A DNA stretch of 63,093 bases, filler included, from Octopus bimaculoides (GCF_001194135.2; 5 parts of 5 records of this genome joined end to end with filler, not necessarily neighbours in it), one strand, 5' to 3'; numbered from the whole stretch's first letter, positions 14,374 through 26,464 are shown. The notes: generated by a model not told the origin, from the sequence alone. Numbers and translations: made by a program.

Positions 14374-15076
14374 NNNNNNNNNNNNNNNNNNNNNNNNNNN
14401 NNNNNNNNNNNNNNNNNNNNNNNNNNNNNNNNNNNNNNNNNNNNNNNNNNNNNNNNNNNNNNNNNNNNNNNNNNNNNNNNNNNNNNNNNNNNNNNNNNNN
14501 NNNNNNNNNNNNNNNNNNNNNNNNNNNNNNNNNNNNNNNNNNNNNNNNNNNNNNNNNNNNNNNNNNNNNNNNNNNNNNNNNNNNNNNNNNNNNNNNNNNN
14601 NNNNNNNNNNNNNNNNNNNNNNNNNNNNNNNNNNNNNNNNNNNNNNNNNNNNNNNNNNNNNNNNNNNNNNNNNNNNNNNNNNNNNNNNNNNNNNNNNNNN
14701 NNNNNNNNNNNNNNNNNNNNNNNNNNNNNNNNNNNNNNNNNNNNNNNNNNNNNNNNNNNNNNNNNNNNNNNNNNNNNNNNNNNNNNNNNNNNNNNNNNNN
14801 NNNNNNNNNNNNNNNNNNNNNNNNNNNNNNNNNNNNNNNNNNNNNNNNNNNNNNNNNNNNNNNNNNNNNNNNNNNNNNNNNNNNNNNNNNNNNNNNNNNN
14901 NNNNNNNNNNNNNNNNNNNNNNNNNNNNNNNNNNNNNNNNNNNNNNNNNNNNNNNNNNNNNNNNNNNNNNNNNNNNNNNNNNNNNNNNNNNNNNNNNNNN
15001 NNNNNNNNNNNNNNNNNNNNNNNNNNNNNNNNNNNNNNNNNNNNNNNNNNNNNNNNNNNNNNNNNNNNNNNNNNNN

Positions 15077-15128
<52 letters not shown>

Positions 15129-16291
15129 ACACATACACACACACACTATAAAAACCAACATTATTGTGCAGGCAGTGAATTTGTTCGCCGAAGAAAGGAA
15201 AAAAATAGACTGACGTTTTGGGTGAACCCTTTACCAAAATAGTGTAAAAGTCAAGAGAAAAGAAACGATACCTGAAGCAGGTCTCTATCCTTCTGTTATA
15301 TGCTGCAATGAAAATTATTCTTTTCTACTCTAGGTACAAGGCCCGAAATTTTGGAGAGGGGACCAGTCGATTAGATCGATCCCAGTACGCAACTGGTACT
15401 TAATTTATCGACCCTGACAGGATGAAAGGCAAAGTCGACCTTGGTAGAATTTGAGCTCGGAACATAAAGACAGAGAAATACCAATTTCTTTATTGCCCAC
15501 CGGGGGCTAAACGGAGAAATGTACAAAACAACTGATTGGGATCAGTAATGCGATATGGTTTTACATAAAATGTGACTTTAAAAATTAAATAAAATATAAA
15601 AAATCAAATGATATTAACAATACAGAGACATACCGCTAAGCATTTCGCCCGGCGTGTTAACGTTTCTTATTTCTTTATTGCCCACAAGGGGCTACACACA
15701 GAGGGGACAAACAAGAACAGACAAACGGATTAAGTCGATTACATCGACCCCAGTACGTAACTGGGACTTAATTTATCGATCCCGAAAAGATGAAAGGCAA
15801 AGTCAACCTCGGTGGAATTTGAACACAGAACGTAAAGACAGACGAAATACCGCTAAGCATTTCGCCCGTCGTGCTAACGTTTCTACCAGCTCGCGGCCTT
15901 GCTGCAATGAAAATATTCTACGAAGAAGCATTGCTGCAATTTTGTTAAGAGTCAGTCAACCTTACCGTGAAGATTCTTCAAACTTAATTGTGGGTACCTG
16001 TATAAACTACAGATCAACTTAAGTTCAAACCATTTAAAATATAGTCATTCGTCATGCGCTATCATAAATCTAGCATTTAATTTGTTCAAGGGTAATTTTA
16101 ATTGGTTTCAAGGTCATTCTAATATCCCGAAACTATTTTAAATTACTCATTAAAATATGTAGTATTCTCAATGTAGACCTGATTGATGATATCTATCTTA
16201 TTTAATAATGCAGTTTTCAGGAATAATTTGAAATGCATACATACACTAATAATTGGAGCATTAGGTTTTGTTAGTAAATGCTTAAAGGATA

Positions 16292-16337
<46 letters not shown>

Positions 16338-17519
16338 CGCTTACCAGATTACGTAGGCGACAAGTCTATGTCAAGGGATATGTTCGGAGATGATAGCAGG
16401 CTGGTAGCAAGGATTATGTAGCTTGTCATTGTGCTCAGGTCAACCTATCCAGATTCTCAACGGCCTGCAGATTGATTTTCATTAATAGTGGGATGCCTAA
16501 ACTGGAAATAATGACAGGTTAAATTATCCTATTGATTAATATTGCGGGCAAGTGGAGTATTTACAGTCACTCTCTCTCTCTCTCTGTCTCCTTCTAGGAG
16601 GTAGGCTTGGGAATTACGTGCCCCGTGGAATGAAGAGGAGAATCATAAGGGATGTGAAGCTGGGAAAGTCACTTCAGTGCTCTACATTAAGAAGGGCAAG
16701 GAGGTGAGACTTTCCTTAAACTTGAAAGAATGAATGTGTTGCGTAAATCCTATGCCTCTATAGTGTATCGTGATACCGTTGTAGGAGTGGCTTCGTAGAC
16801 TACAGCTTTTGAAAGGCAAGATCCTCACAATGGACTGTTTGGAGTCTTTTGATTGCTACAGGTTAGAGCTCAATCCTGGAAGCGATATTATTTAATTGTG
16901 CGTAGCTAGCATTGACGTTATGATAATTAAAGGCGTAACGTGACCGAAAACATGCATTTTAAATAACTCTAAAAGTGTTTTCTTGGCTAACATTACAAGT
17001 ATTCAACATGTCAGTAGAAAAATTCTCATGCCATGTTAAGATTGTTATATCAGCGTCAACATGCATTTAAGAGATGCTATTAAATGTAACTCATTTGAAT
17101 TTTATGCCTCTCTGGCATCTGTGTTGTTATTTCAAATCAATTAGATCACGGAATTCTTTCTTTTAGACAGCTGTGCCAACTAGTCTGATATGCCAAGAAT
17201 AATTTTAAGAAATTTTAACATCCGTTGCAGCAATTAATATGATGTTTGACCTACGATTTAACAACGGATTTTTGTTTACATTTTAAACTAATTATATATT
17301 CTTATTCGATATACCATCTTCCGAGCTACCATTTGTTTTCTTTTTTTGTTGAGAGTTATCCAGAAACAATTGGAAAACTTTCGTGGTCCAGGCACTAAAC
17401 TATGAACGTAGAATGTACAGCTTCCAATCAGGCATCACACACAACCCGGGGTTAAATTCAGATCAGAAATTCAGTCGACAGAGTTGAGAGGTTCGTTCTA
17501 AAATGAAGTCTTAGAGCAG

Positions 17520-17848
17520 GGTAAAGACCCCCTTCGGTCATGAATGCCCATGGGATTTCACCTAGAATGTTCCCTCCAAGGCAGAAGTCCAAGCAAGGTT
17601 GTTTGTGGAAGACCAGCCGTCGCCCATGCATACTAGCCTCTTCTCTCCACACCACCGATGTTATCCAAGCGAAAGGCAAAGGCTGATACAACTAGGCACC
17701 AGTGACGTCGCAACTCGGTTCTACAGCTGAGAGAAATGGAGCAATGTGAAATAAAGTGTCTTGCTCAAGACACACAGCCCGGTCCGGGAATCGAATCACA
17801 TGATTGTGAGTCCGGCGTTCTAACCAGTGAGCCATTTACCTTCACGTT
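17520..17848 (-). mobile_element. tRNA-derived SINE, family E
   Basis: Minus-strand head TGGCTCACTGGTTAGAACGCCGGACTCACAATC..TTCGATTCCCGG, block GTGTCTTGAGCAAGACACTTTATTTCACATTGCTCCA, tail CATGACCGAAGGGGGTC. A second tail copy lies inverted at 17910-18038. Confidence 0.75.
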
Positions 17849-18039
17849 ACTAACCTGTTCTAGCTGCTGAATGAATTGCGAATCGCCTCGCTGTGACAAT
17901 GAAACTATGTGACAGACGGGGAGGCCGATATGCATGGGTGACTGCAAATCTTCCATAAACAACCTTGCCCGGACTTGTGCCTGGAAGGGTAACTTTCTAG
18001 GTGCAATCCCATGGTTAGTCATGACCGAAGGGGGTCTCA

Positions 18040-18173
18040 GCAACATTTGTCGGATATTTGTTTTCATCTTGTTTGTTGTTAACACAACGTTTCGGCTGAT
18101 ATACCCTCCAGCCTTCATTAGGTGTCTTGGGGATATTTCAAACCTGGGTTCTCATTCCTAAGGTATTTTTCAA

Positions 18174-18209
<36 letters not shown>

Positions 18210-18375
18210 CATTAAGGTCATCGCCTGGAATCGAACTCGGAATCTTGGGGTTAGTAGCCCGTGCTCTTAACCACTACGCCATATGCTCGGGTATATCAGC
18301 CGAAACGTTGTGTTAACAAGATAAGGACAAATAACCGTCAAATGTAAATAATATAAATAATGTAAATAATGTACT
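18040..18375 (-). mobile_element. tRNA-headed SINE-like element carrying a minimal hammerhead-like motif (copy 1)
   Basis: Minus strand: GCATATGGCGTAGTGGTTAAGAGCACGGGCTACTAACCCCAAGATTCCGAGTTCGATTCC-(AAT)n-...GACAC CTAATGA A GGCTG-loop-CAGCC GAAAC GTT GTGTT. A second copy lies at 36244-36610. Confidence 0.8.
18086..18126 (-). ncRNA. Minimal type-I hammerhead-ribozyme-like motif (G5>A in this copy)
   Basis: Stem I GACAC/GUGUU, core CU(A)AUGA+A, stem II GGCUG/CAGCC, GAAAC, palindromic AACGUU stem III. Confidence 0.65.
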
Positions 18376-19495
18376 ACAATTAATTTTCTTTTCCTTCATT
18401 TCAAAGTGTTTCTTATAGTTCTTACCTCAATAATGGTCATCGTGACTTTAATAATGTCTGAGTTTGTTCCTGCACTTCTCTACATTTTCTTCAACATATA
18501 CTTTAGTTTCATAAAACCTTTCGCAAGGTATTTATACCCGGCTTAGTATGATTCAAGCTTTATAAATATCTTGAGAGATATTCAATATTCTACATTATGA
18601 CAACATCGCTAACAATTGCCATGTTTCTATTTGGAAATCTTCTGTTACTAAGTTTAACGTTTCTTCAAACGTGTCGATAATTCTAATGTAAGCGTTGTGG
18701 GTATTAAAATAATTATAATCGACGTCTGTGTCATTTTATGTTGCTACCATTTTACTTGCTTCAGTCATTGAATTGTGGCCATGCTGGAGCACCGCCTTGA
18801 AGGATTCAGTCGAATAAATCGACCCCAGTACTTAATTTCAAAGTCCGGTACTTAATCTACCGGTTTCCTTTTGCCGAACTGTTGTTAAGGCGGCGAGCTG
18901 ACAGTACCGTTCGCATGCCGGGCAAAATGCTGAGAGATATTTCGTCCGTCTCTATGTTCTGAGTTCAAATTCCGCTGGATTCCACTTTCAGACCTTGTGC
19001 CTATAGTAGAAAGGATTACTATTGTTGTTGTTGGTACAACGGCGAGCTGGCAGAATCGCTAGAACGCCGGGCGAAATGCTTAGTGGCATTTCGTCTGCCG
19101 CTACGTTCTGAGTTCAGATTCCGCTGAGGTCGGCTTTGCCTTTCATTCTTTCGAAGTCGATAAATTAAGTACCAGTTGCATACTGGGGTCGAGGAAATCG
19201 ATTAGTCCCCTCCCCCAAATTTCAGGTCTTGTGCCTTTATAACAGAAGCGATTATTATTAATATTATTTGTAGTAGAAAAATCTTTTCTACTCTAGACAC
19301 AAGGCCCGAAATTTTGGGGGAGCAGATCGACCTCAGTACGCAACTGGTGCTTAATCTATCGACCCTGAAAGGATAAAATGCAAAGTCGAACTCGGCGGAA
19401 TTCGAACTCAGAACGTAAAGACAGACGGAATACAGCTATGCATTTCGTCCGGCGTGCTATCGATTCTGCCAGCTCGCCGTTTTAGTAGTAAAAAA

Positions 19496-19571
19496 AATAT
19501 TATATTATATTATATTATATTATATTATATTATATTATATTATATTATATTATATTATATTATATTATATT
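19496..19571 (+). repeat. (TATTA)n pentanucleotide microsatellite
   Basis: Directly visible. Confidence 0.95.
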
Positions 19572-20459
19572 CGTACGTACGTAACAAAATAATATGTGAA
19601 ACAGAAGAACATCTGTTGTGAATTACTAAACCACGTGTGTCATTACCACATTCACATAAATCTTTGAAGAAACGAACACACTTCCCAGTTCTTTCTAGGC
19701 AGGTACCTCATCTGTTTCAGGAGTCTTTAACGAAGGAGCAACGTAAGGTTAAGCTATAAAACAACCGACTACTGCAGCCAGTTGTTGCCACCTTAATTCT
19801 TGATCTATTGCAACTGACTGCTAAACTCTGCGTTAATAGAGGAAAGAAGTGGAAAACAAATCATATTATTGTTTTATATGTTTGTGTGTGCAGACTGTAG
19901 ACGCTGTTTTACTGACAGAGAACAAGTTGAGAAAGACGGGCATAGAATGAACAAAAGATGCGATGAATAAATATCCAGCAGTCACGAAGACTAAAATAAA
20001 TATGAATAAATATGATGCTGACAACTTTCTCTCAGATGGATTAGGGTATGGTTAGGGAGAAATAACACCATTGTGTGTGTAGTACTTATATATAAGAAAT
20101 ATAAGAAAGATAAAGACAAGCTGACATGATTTTGCTTATAAATAAATAAATAAATAAATAAATAAATACAAACACACACACACACACACATATACACATA
20201 TGTGTTTGTTGTTTGTTTCTTCTTGAACCATGTTTGGCTCAGAAGAGCCGGTTTCCCGGTTTCGTTGGCGTATAGGTTCCCCACTTGGAGGGGACGCCGG
20301 TCCGTCACAGGTGAGCTACTAGATGCAGGAGGGAAAAATGAGAGAAAGTTGTGGCGGAAGAGTCAGCAGAAGTCTGCCATTACTTTCTGATGGGTGTACT
20401 GGCCTTCGTATATTTGTACCCCAGTGTCACTTTGATGGCATCCACTGCTCTCTCATTCG

Positions 20460-20526
<67 letters not shown>

Positions 20527-20559
20527 CATAAAATTAACACAACAATATTTGATCGCTGT

Positions 20560-22230
20560 TGAATAATGTAGGGTACAAATATCAAGAAGTGTTGCAAGAC
20601 CATGGGATGATTGAAAGGGAGAATGAGAGAGAAAGTCACTAAAGAGTATGAGAGGAGAATCAGGAAGGTGCGTGCTCGAAGCAAAATTAAATGGCGGGAG
20701 CATCATTAAAGTCGTAAATACAATGGTTGTATCTGCATTGGGATACTCTGTTTCTTTTCTGAAATGGACAACTGTCAAGCTACAGAATTTGAATAGAACT
20801 AGAAAGCTGTTCGTAATGCACCCCGCACACCACCCTAAAATCAATACCAACCGACTCTCCGTATCAAGAATGGAAGGTGACAGAGGATTACTAAACCAGA
20901 AGACACGGTTAAAACTGCAATACTGAAAAATTGTGTTGTGCAGAATAAAGAAAGAATGCTATTCGCAGCTAGAAAAAAGTAACAGAAACTATAGGAAAAT
21001 TCAATGAGAAACGAATGGAACAATAGAGCAAACATGGAAAGAGATAGAACTACATGGCGAATTCATGCAGGAAACCGAGAATGTGGAATGTAAAGACTAC
21101 TGGCTTTGGTTGACAGGTAGGTACCTGAAATGAGAAGCAGAAACGTTTATTACAGCCGCTCAAGAACAAGCCCTTAGAACAAACCTGATAAAGGCAATGA
21201 TTGACAAAACTCAGTCAGTTAGCGAATATAGAATTCTGCAGAAAAGGAGACGAAAGTATAAATCGGCTTTTGAATGAGTGCAGTGTACTACCACAAAAGG
21301 AGTATAAATGCAGACGTGATTGTGTAGGCAAAAGAGTACATTGGGATAGTAGCCGAGTGTGGGGCTTCAAAACAAGAGAAAAGCGGTATGAACACGAACC
21401 AGAGTCTGTAATATAAAATAAAAATTACAAGATCGTGTAGGTCTTTCCTATACAGACTGACCATGCGATTGAAGTAAGAAGATCGGATATGATCATACAG
21501 GAGAAAATAAACAATTTCCTATGAAAAAAATGAGAAATACCAGGGTCTAACCAGAGAGCTGAGGAGATTGTGAAAGACCAAGACAACAATTATTCCTATA
21601 GTAATTGGTACATATGGCACAACAGCCAAAATGGTAGCTAAAATACTGGAAGAGACTGAATTTGGATGTTGCATTGTCGACCTACAGAAAAGTACCATCC
21701 TATTTGTCGTTGTTGTTGTTGGCACTCCGTCGCTTAAGACATCGAGGGTTCCAGTCGATCCGATCAACGGAACAGCCTGCTCGTGAAATTAACGTGCAAG
21801 TGGTTGAGCACTCCACAGACACGTGTACCCTTAACGTAGTTCTCGGGGATATTCAGCGTGACACAGTGTGACATGGATGGCCCTTTGAAATATAGGCACA
21901 ACAGAAACAGGAAGAAAGAGTGAAAGAAAGTTGTGGTGAAAGAGTACAGCAGGGTTCGCCACCATCCCCTGCCTGAGCCTCGTGGAGCTTTAGGTGTTTT
22001 CACTCAATAAACACTCACAACGCTCGGTCTGGGAATCGAAACCGCGATCCTATAACCGCGAGTCCGCTGCCCTAACCACTGGGCCATTGCGCCTCCACAC
22101 CATCCTATATTCTACAATAAATCTAAGAAAGATTCTTGAAATATGAGGAGATTTGTTGTCACCAAACCTCAAGATAAAATCCCTGCAAATTAAATGAGCA
22201 TGCACAAGCGTATTATGATAATTACAGAAT
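20560..22230 (+). mobile_element. 5'-truncated, decayed R4-clade (Dong/Rex6-like) non-LTR retrotransposon: RT thumb, CCHC knuckle, RLE endonuclease
   Basis: Frameshifted translations KLNGGSIIKVVNT..HPAHHPKINTNRLSVSRMEGDRGLL, LHGEFMQET..WLWL..AAQEQALRTN, ESINRLLNEC, RVHWD..EHEPESV..PIQTDHAIEVRRSD, IPIVIGTYGT and C-terminal LQKSTILYSTINLRKILEI* (rejoined across the nested SINE) match the R4-clade consensus as I recall it. Confidence 0.85.
21718..22098 (-). mobile_element. tRNA-derived SINE, family B, nested in the R4 element
   Basis: Minus-strand head GTGGAGGCGCAATGGCCCAGTGGTTAGG...TTCGATTCC (A/B boxes) and (AAC)n tail. 10-bp TSD ACCATCCTAT at 21694-21703 and 22099-22108. Confidence 0.9.
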
Positions 22231-22849
22231 CAAAAAATATATCTGACATTGGATAAGCTCATAAATGGCCTCTATGTACCTTGTGTACAATAAAAGCAAG
22301 AAATAACAACAAAATGCCTTATGCACAAAATGAATAAGGATGCAGTGAGATGTCCCCCACATCATAAATGGCTGTCAGTAAACGTCATCGAGTTATTTAC
22401 ATCTGAAGTGACATGATGTCCTGGTTGGCGCATCATATAAAGAAATCTGAAGGAAGGATTACTCCCACGATCCAAATATAAGATGACACAGATATATGGA
22501 AAGGAAAACCACATAATACGAATGAATACTGATGGAATTTTCCTGTTATGACGTCAATAAAATGCAAGCGTAACAGGCAAGAGATACTGATCAATGAAGG
22601 AAAAAACAAATTATGCATAATTGTTGAATTCAATTACTTGGAAGATGCGAACATAATTAAAATTTTCATAAAATGACAAAACTTTTAGAAACAATCATTA
22701 TATATCTGTGATGCCAATAACTTATATGATCATGAGGGAGTTGACAGATTATGAATCTATGACAATTAAGAAATAAAAAAGAAAACTTTTGAAATCAACG
22801 TGGAAATCAGATTTTTATCTTTTCTCTTCTTTTTTTTTTTACATATTTC

Positions 22850-23240
22850 AGTAATTATAGAGTGGCCATGCTGGAGTATTGCCTTGAAGTGTTTTAGTCG
22901 AGCAAATCGACCCAAGTATTTATTTATAAGTCTGGTACTTATTCTGTCAAAGTCTTTTGCCGAACTGCTACGTTACGGGACCATAAACAAACCAACGCCG
23001 GTTCTCAAGTGGTAGTGGTGGTGAACAAATACCAAAACACTCCTGCATACACACACATACACACACACACACACAAATAACACTATTCTACACAGGTTCA
23101 GTCTACCAAATTCACTCAAAAGGAATTGGTTGCACTGGGAATGTTGTAGAAATCGTTGGCCCAAGGAGCCGTGCAGTAGGACTGAACCTGAAACTACGAG
23201 GTTTGACAGCGAGCTCCTTAACCAAATTCTCATACCTGTA
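22850..23240 (-). mobile_element. tRNA-derived SINE, family A (diverged)
   Basis: Reverse-complement match to the family-A head, body and tail. Confidence 0.75.
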
Positions 23241-23369
23241 CCTAGAGCTAAAATAATAAAAAAAAAGACAGATAGTCGAATGCTTAGCTAAAATGGAAGC
23301 CTTTACAATTTTAAGAGTTCACAAAGCAAACTTCATAAATAAATCCTGATATTTATGTGTGTGTCTGTT

Positions 23370-23585
23370 TACGAGGTGGAGGTGCTGAAAAGTTCCTGGC
23401 TTTAAGGGTGTCGCAAAAGGCCTGGCTGGAGGCCCAACCATCCGAGTTTTTTTACAGGGCCTAGAAAAACTGAAGGACCGTTGCTGTAAGTGTGTGAATC
23501 TGAGAGGGGAATATGTTGAATAAATCCATAATGAACAGATCTTCCTGTATTTTCTTTTACTCAGTCAGGAACTTTTCAGCAACCA

Positions 23586-23591
<6 letters not shown>
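23370..23591 (+). mobile_element. mariner-derived MITE (~220 bp)
   Basis: TIRs TACGAGG..TGCTGAAAAGTTCCTGGCT / AGTCAGGAACTTTTCAGCAACCACTCGT. The interior encodes FYRA/GLEKLKDRCCKCVNLRGEYVE*. Confidence 0.85.
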
Positions 23592-23619
<28 letters not shown>

Positions 23620-24613
23620 CGCCCTCCACAACCGTCTGGCAACCGGTGTTCATTTCTTTACGTTCCCGTAACGTTGTTATTTGGTAAATGAAGACCGATG
23701 GAATAATTCCCAAAATTGAAAAACAGAATACAAAAAAAAAAAAAAATCATAAGCACTCTTTGTCGATTTGTTCGACTAAACCCTTGAAGGTGGTCCTCCA
23801 GCATGGCCGCGATCCAATGTCTGAAACAAGTAAAAGAAAAATGATATATTTGCCACATGTTTATTCTTCAATTTCTTCTTCGTCTGTTTTAGCGTTCGAC
23901 CTTTCTCATCCATCATGTCTTTAGCCTAAATCATTTATCATTTCCTATTACTCGTCCAGTATATCATTGTCCAAGCTAACCGACCATAATTTACCTGTAT
24001 ATTTATCTATATTTATCTATCTCTGACACCAACGTGCCTGTCTATTATTTTTACCCCTTCACACTTCTCTTTTTCTAAACCTACCACCGGCTAAACTCTC
24101 TCTCTCTCTCTCTCGCTCTTTCTCTCTACGTTGTTAATTATCCGTTTCTTCCTCGTTTATCAAACCTATCAACTTGCCCAACTACATTTGCATTTATGTC
24201 TAAGTTTATATAATTAATTATCTTAATGCTAGCTTCCATACGAAGCTCGTCCTGATCGTAAATTATACCTAACAGTACAAAAATGTATGCAAAATTATAT
24301 TATTTGTTCAGTTAATTATTTATCCTTTATATAATTCCATGTGTCTGCTCAGGAAATGCTCTTTTTTTAAAGGCATCGAATGAAGAAACTGAGCGGAAAT
24401 AAACAGACGCCAAATTATTGAATTATTATTTTTTTTTTTCTAAAAATCTCTTTTTAAATACCTTACCGCGGCGAAGTAGGCAGTGTCTGTAACTTACGCT
24501 GCATACTAAAATCATGGCGATGTAGATTTGCAGATAACTTCAGACGATAAAATCGACTTCAGATCATTTTTTTTTAAATCGAAGACAGAAGTCATGTGAT
24601 TAACATTTATTCT

Positions 24614-24978
24614 GTGGAGGCGCAATGGCCCAGTGGTTAGGATCGCAGTTTCGATTCCCAGACCGGGCGTTGTGAGTGTTTATTGAGCGAAAACACCTAA
24701 AGCTCCTCGAGGCTCCGGCAGGGGATGGTGGCGAACCCTGCTGTACTCTTTCGCCACAACTTTCTCTCACTCTGACTTCCTGAATCTGATGTTCCTGTAG
24801 TTCAAAGGGTCAGCCTTGTCACACTGTGTCACGCTGAATATCCCCGAGAACTACGTTAAGGGGTTAAGGGTACACGTGTCTGTGGAGTGCTCTGCCACTT
24901 GCACGTTAATTTCACGAGAAGGCTGTTCCGTTGATCGGACCAACTGGAACACTCTACGTCGTAAGCGACGGAGTGACA
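24614..24978 (+). mobile_element. tRNA-derived SINE, family B
   Basis: Starts GTGGAGGCGCAATGGCCCAGTGGTTAGG (small deletion in head); ends GTCGTAAGCGACGGAGTG. Confidence 0.88.
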
Positions 24979-25229
24979 CAAAAAACATTTATTCTAGAAT
25001 GCTGTCAAACGTAAAAAAATTTTGAACCTGAAACATACAGGGTGTGCAGTATGAGAGTGAAAACTTTCAAAAGCAGCAGACCATTTGATCGTTAAACACT
25101 ATCAATAAAATCAGAACAATTTTAAAAACGCTTAAGTAAGTCAAATGTTACGGGAAGTGATCAACTTTAAGGATGTCTAAAGACTTGATGAGGACGACTA
25201 AAGGTTTGGTAATTATAGCTTAGAATTAA

Positions 25230-25560
25230 GGCGGAGAGTTGGCAGAATCGTTAGCACGCTGAACGAAATGCTTAGCGGAATTTCGTCTGCCGTTACGTTC
25301 TGAGTTCAAATTCCGCCGAGGTCGACTTTGCTTTTCATCCTTTCGGGGTTGATTAAATAAGTACCAGTTACGCATTAGGGTCAAGGTAATCAACTTAATC
25401 CCTTTGTCTCACCTTGTTTGTTCCCTCTATATTTAGCCCCTTGTGGGCAATAAAGAAATAAGAAACGTCAGCATGCAGGGCGAAATACTTACTTGTATTT
25501 CGTCTGCCGTTACGTTCTGAGTTCAAATTCCACCGAGATCGACTTTGCCTTTTATCCTAC
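25230..25560 (+). mobile_element. SINE family C (tandem/composite copy)
   Basis: GGCG(A)GAG(C/T)TGGCAGAATCGTTAG..GTTCTGAGTTCAAATTCCGCCGAGGTCGACTTTGC..TTTCATCCTTTCGGGG. Other copies: 4450-4660 (+), 6100-6478 (-, two), 15325-15902 (-, two), 18890-19250 (+, two), 19285-19479 (-), 25715-25825 (-), 38885-39046 (-), 54517-54680 (+), 62715-62910 (+). Confidence 0.85.
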
Positions 25561-26161
25561 GTACTTTTGTTAATGGGATTTTTATGTGGTGTTTTTTTTT
25601 GAGTGGTGGTAATGGTGGTGGTGGTGGTGGGGTTGGTTGTTACTAAACTGTTGTCAATGTCATTGGTAGTTTCAGACTTCAATGCTAGAAGTTTCGAGGG
25701 GAATCTCGAAGGGATGTAAAGCGAAGTCGACCTCGGCCAGATTTGAACTCAGAACGTAAAGAACCGACAGAAAACGCCTCTAAGCATTTCGCCCGACTCG
25801 CTAACAATTATGCCAGCTCATTGCCTTCGATATTTGATCTTAGCAATATTTTAATTGGGAGAGCAGAGAATTAAAAGTAATTATTATATCGCGTTTAGTC
25901 CAGTGATAGCTGATTAGTATCTTTGGCCCAAACGTACACGTTTCGGGAACGGAATGTGGCAAGGACTGTTACCATTCCGCAACATAGAACACATTTATAT
26001 TGACAGCATCCAAAACACATAATCGTTGGGTGACAAGGAAGATGTAGCAAAAAAAATAATAAAAAAGGAATGGGAAAAGAACAAAAGGAAAAGGAAACGG
26101 AATAATCTCTAATTCTAACCTTTAATAGAATAAGACAATTGACGACGATGACGACGATGAC

Positions 26162-26194
<33 letters not shown>

Positions 26195-26267
26195 AGCGGT
26201 GGCAGGTTCATTTTAACGTTTTTTTTTTCGACGATGTGACGGCTACAATAATGATGGCGACAACGAT

Positions 26268-26364
26268 GATGACGATGACTATAACGATAGCCATGACGAT
26301 GGTGATGACGATGACTATAACGATAGCCATGACGATGGTGATGACGATGACCATAACGATAGCG
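26268..26364 (+). repeat. 36-bp minisatellite derived from (GAT)n
   Basis: GATGACGATGACTATAACGATAGCCATGACGATGGT, ~2.7 copies, running into a gap. Confidence 0.85.
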
Positions 26365-26464
26365 NNNNNNNNNNNNNNNNNNNNNNNNNNNNNNNNNNNN
26401 NNNNNNNNTTAATTAATTAANNNNNNNNNNNNNNNNNNNNNNNNNNNNNNNNNNNNNNNNNNNN
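26365..26464. other. Artificial 100-bp scaffold join (44 N + TTAATTAATTAA + 44 N)
   Basis: Identical construct at 33672-33771, 49741-49840 and 53474-53573. The spacer has stop codons in all six frames. Confidence 0.92.

Noticed and set aside
18225-18290. Possible tRNA genes (also the heads of families A, B and E)
   Set aside because: A/B boxes are present but no acceptor stem closes, and each continues into a repeated SINE body.
22690-22745. ICDANNLY, resembling the protein-primed DNA polymerase B motif (YLDANNLYG) of Polinton-like elements
   Set aside because: Only a short match; I could not find flanking PolB motifs in any frame.
26409-26420. Recurrent TTAATTAATTAA palindrome
   Set aside because: Always centred in a 100-bp N gap; an assembly spacer, not biology.
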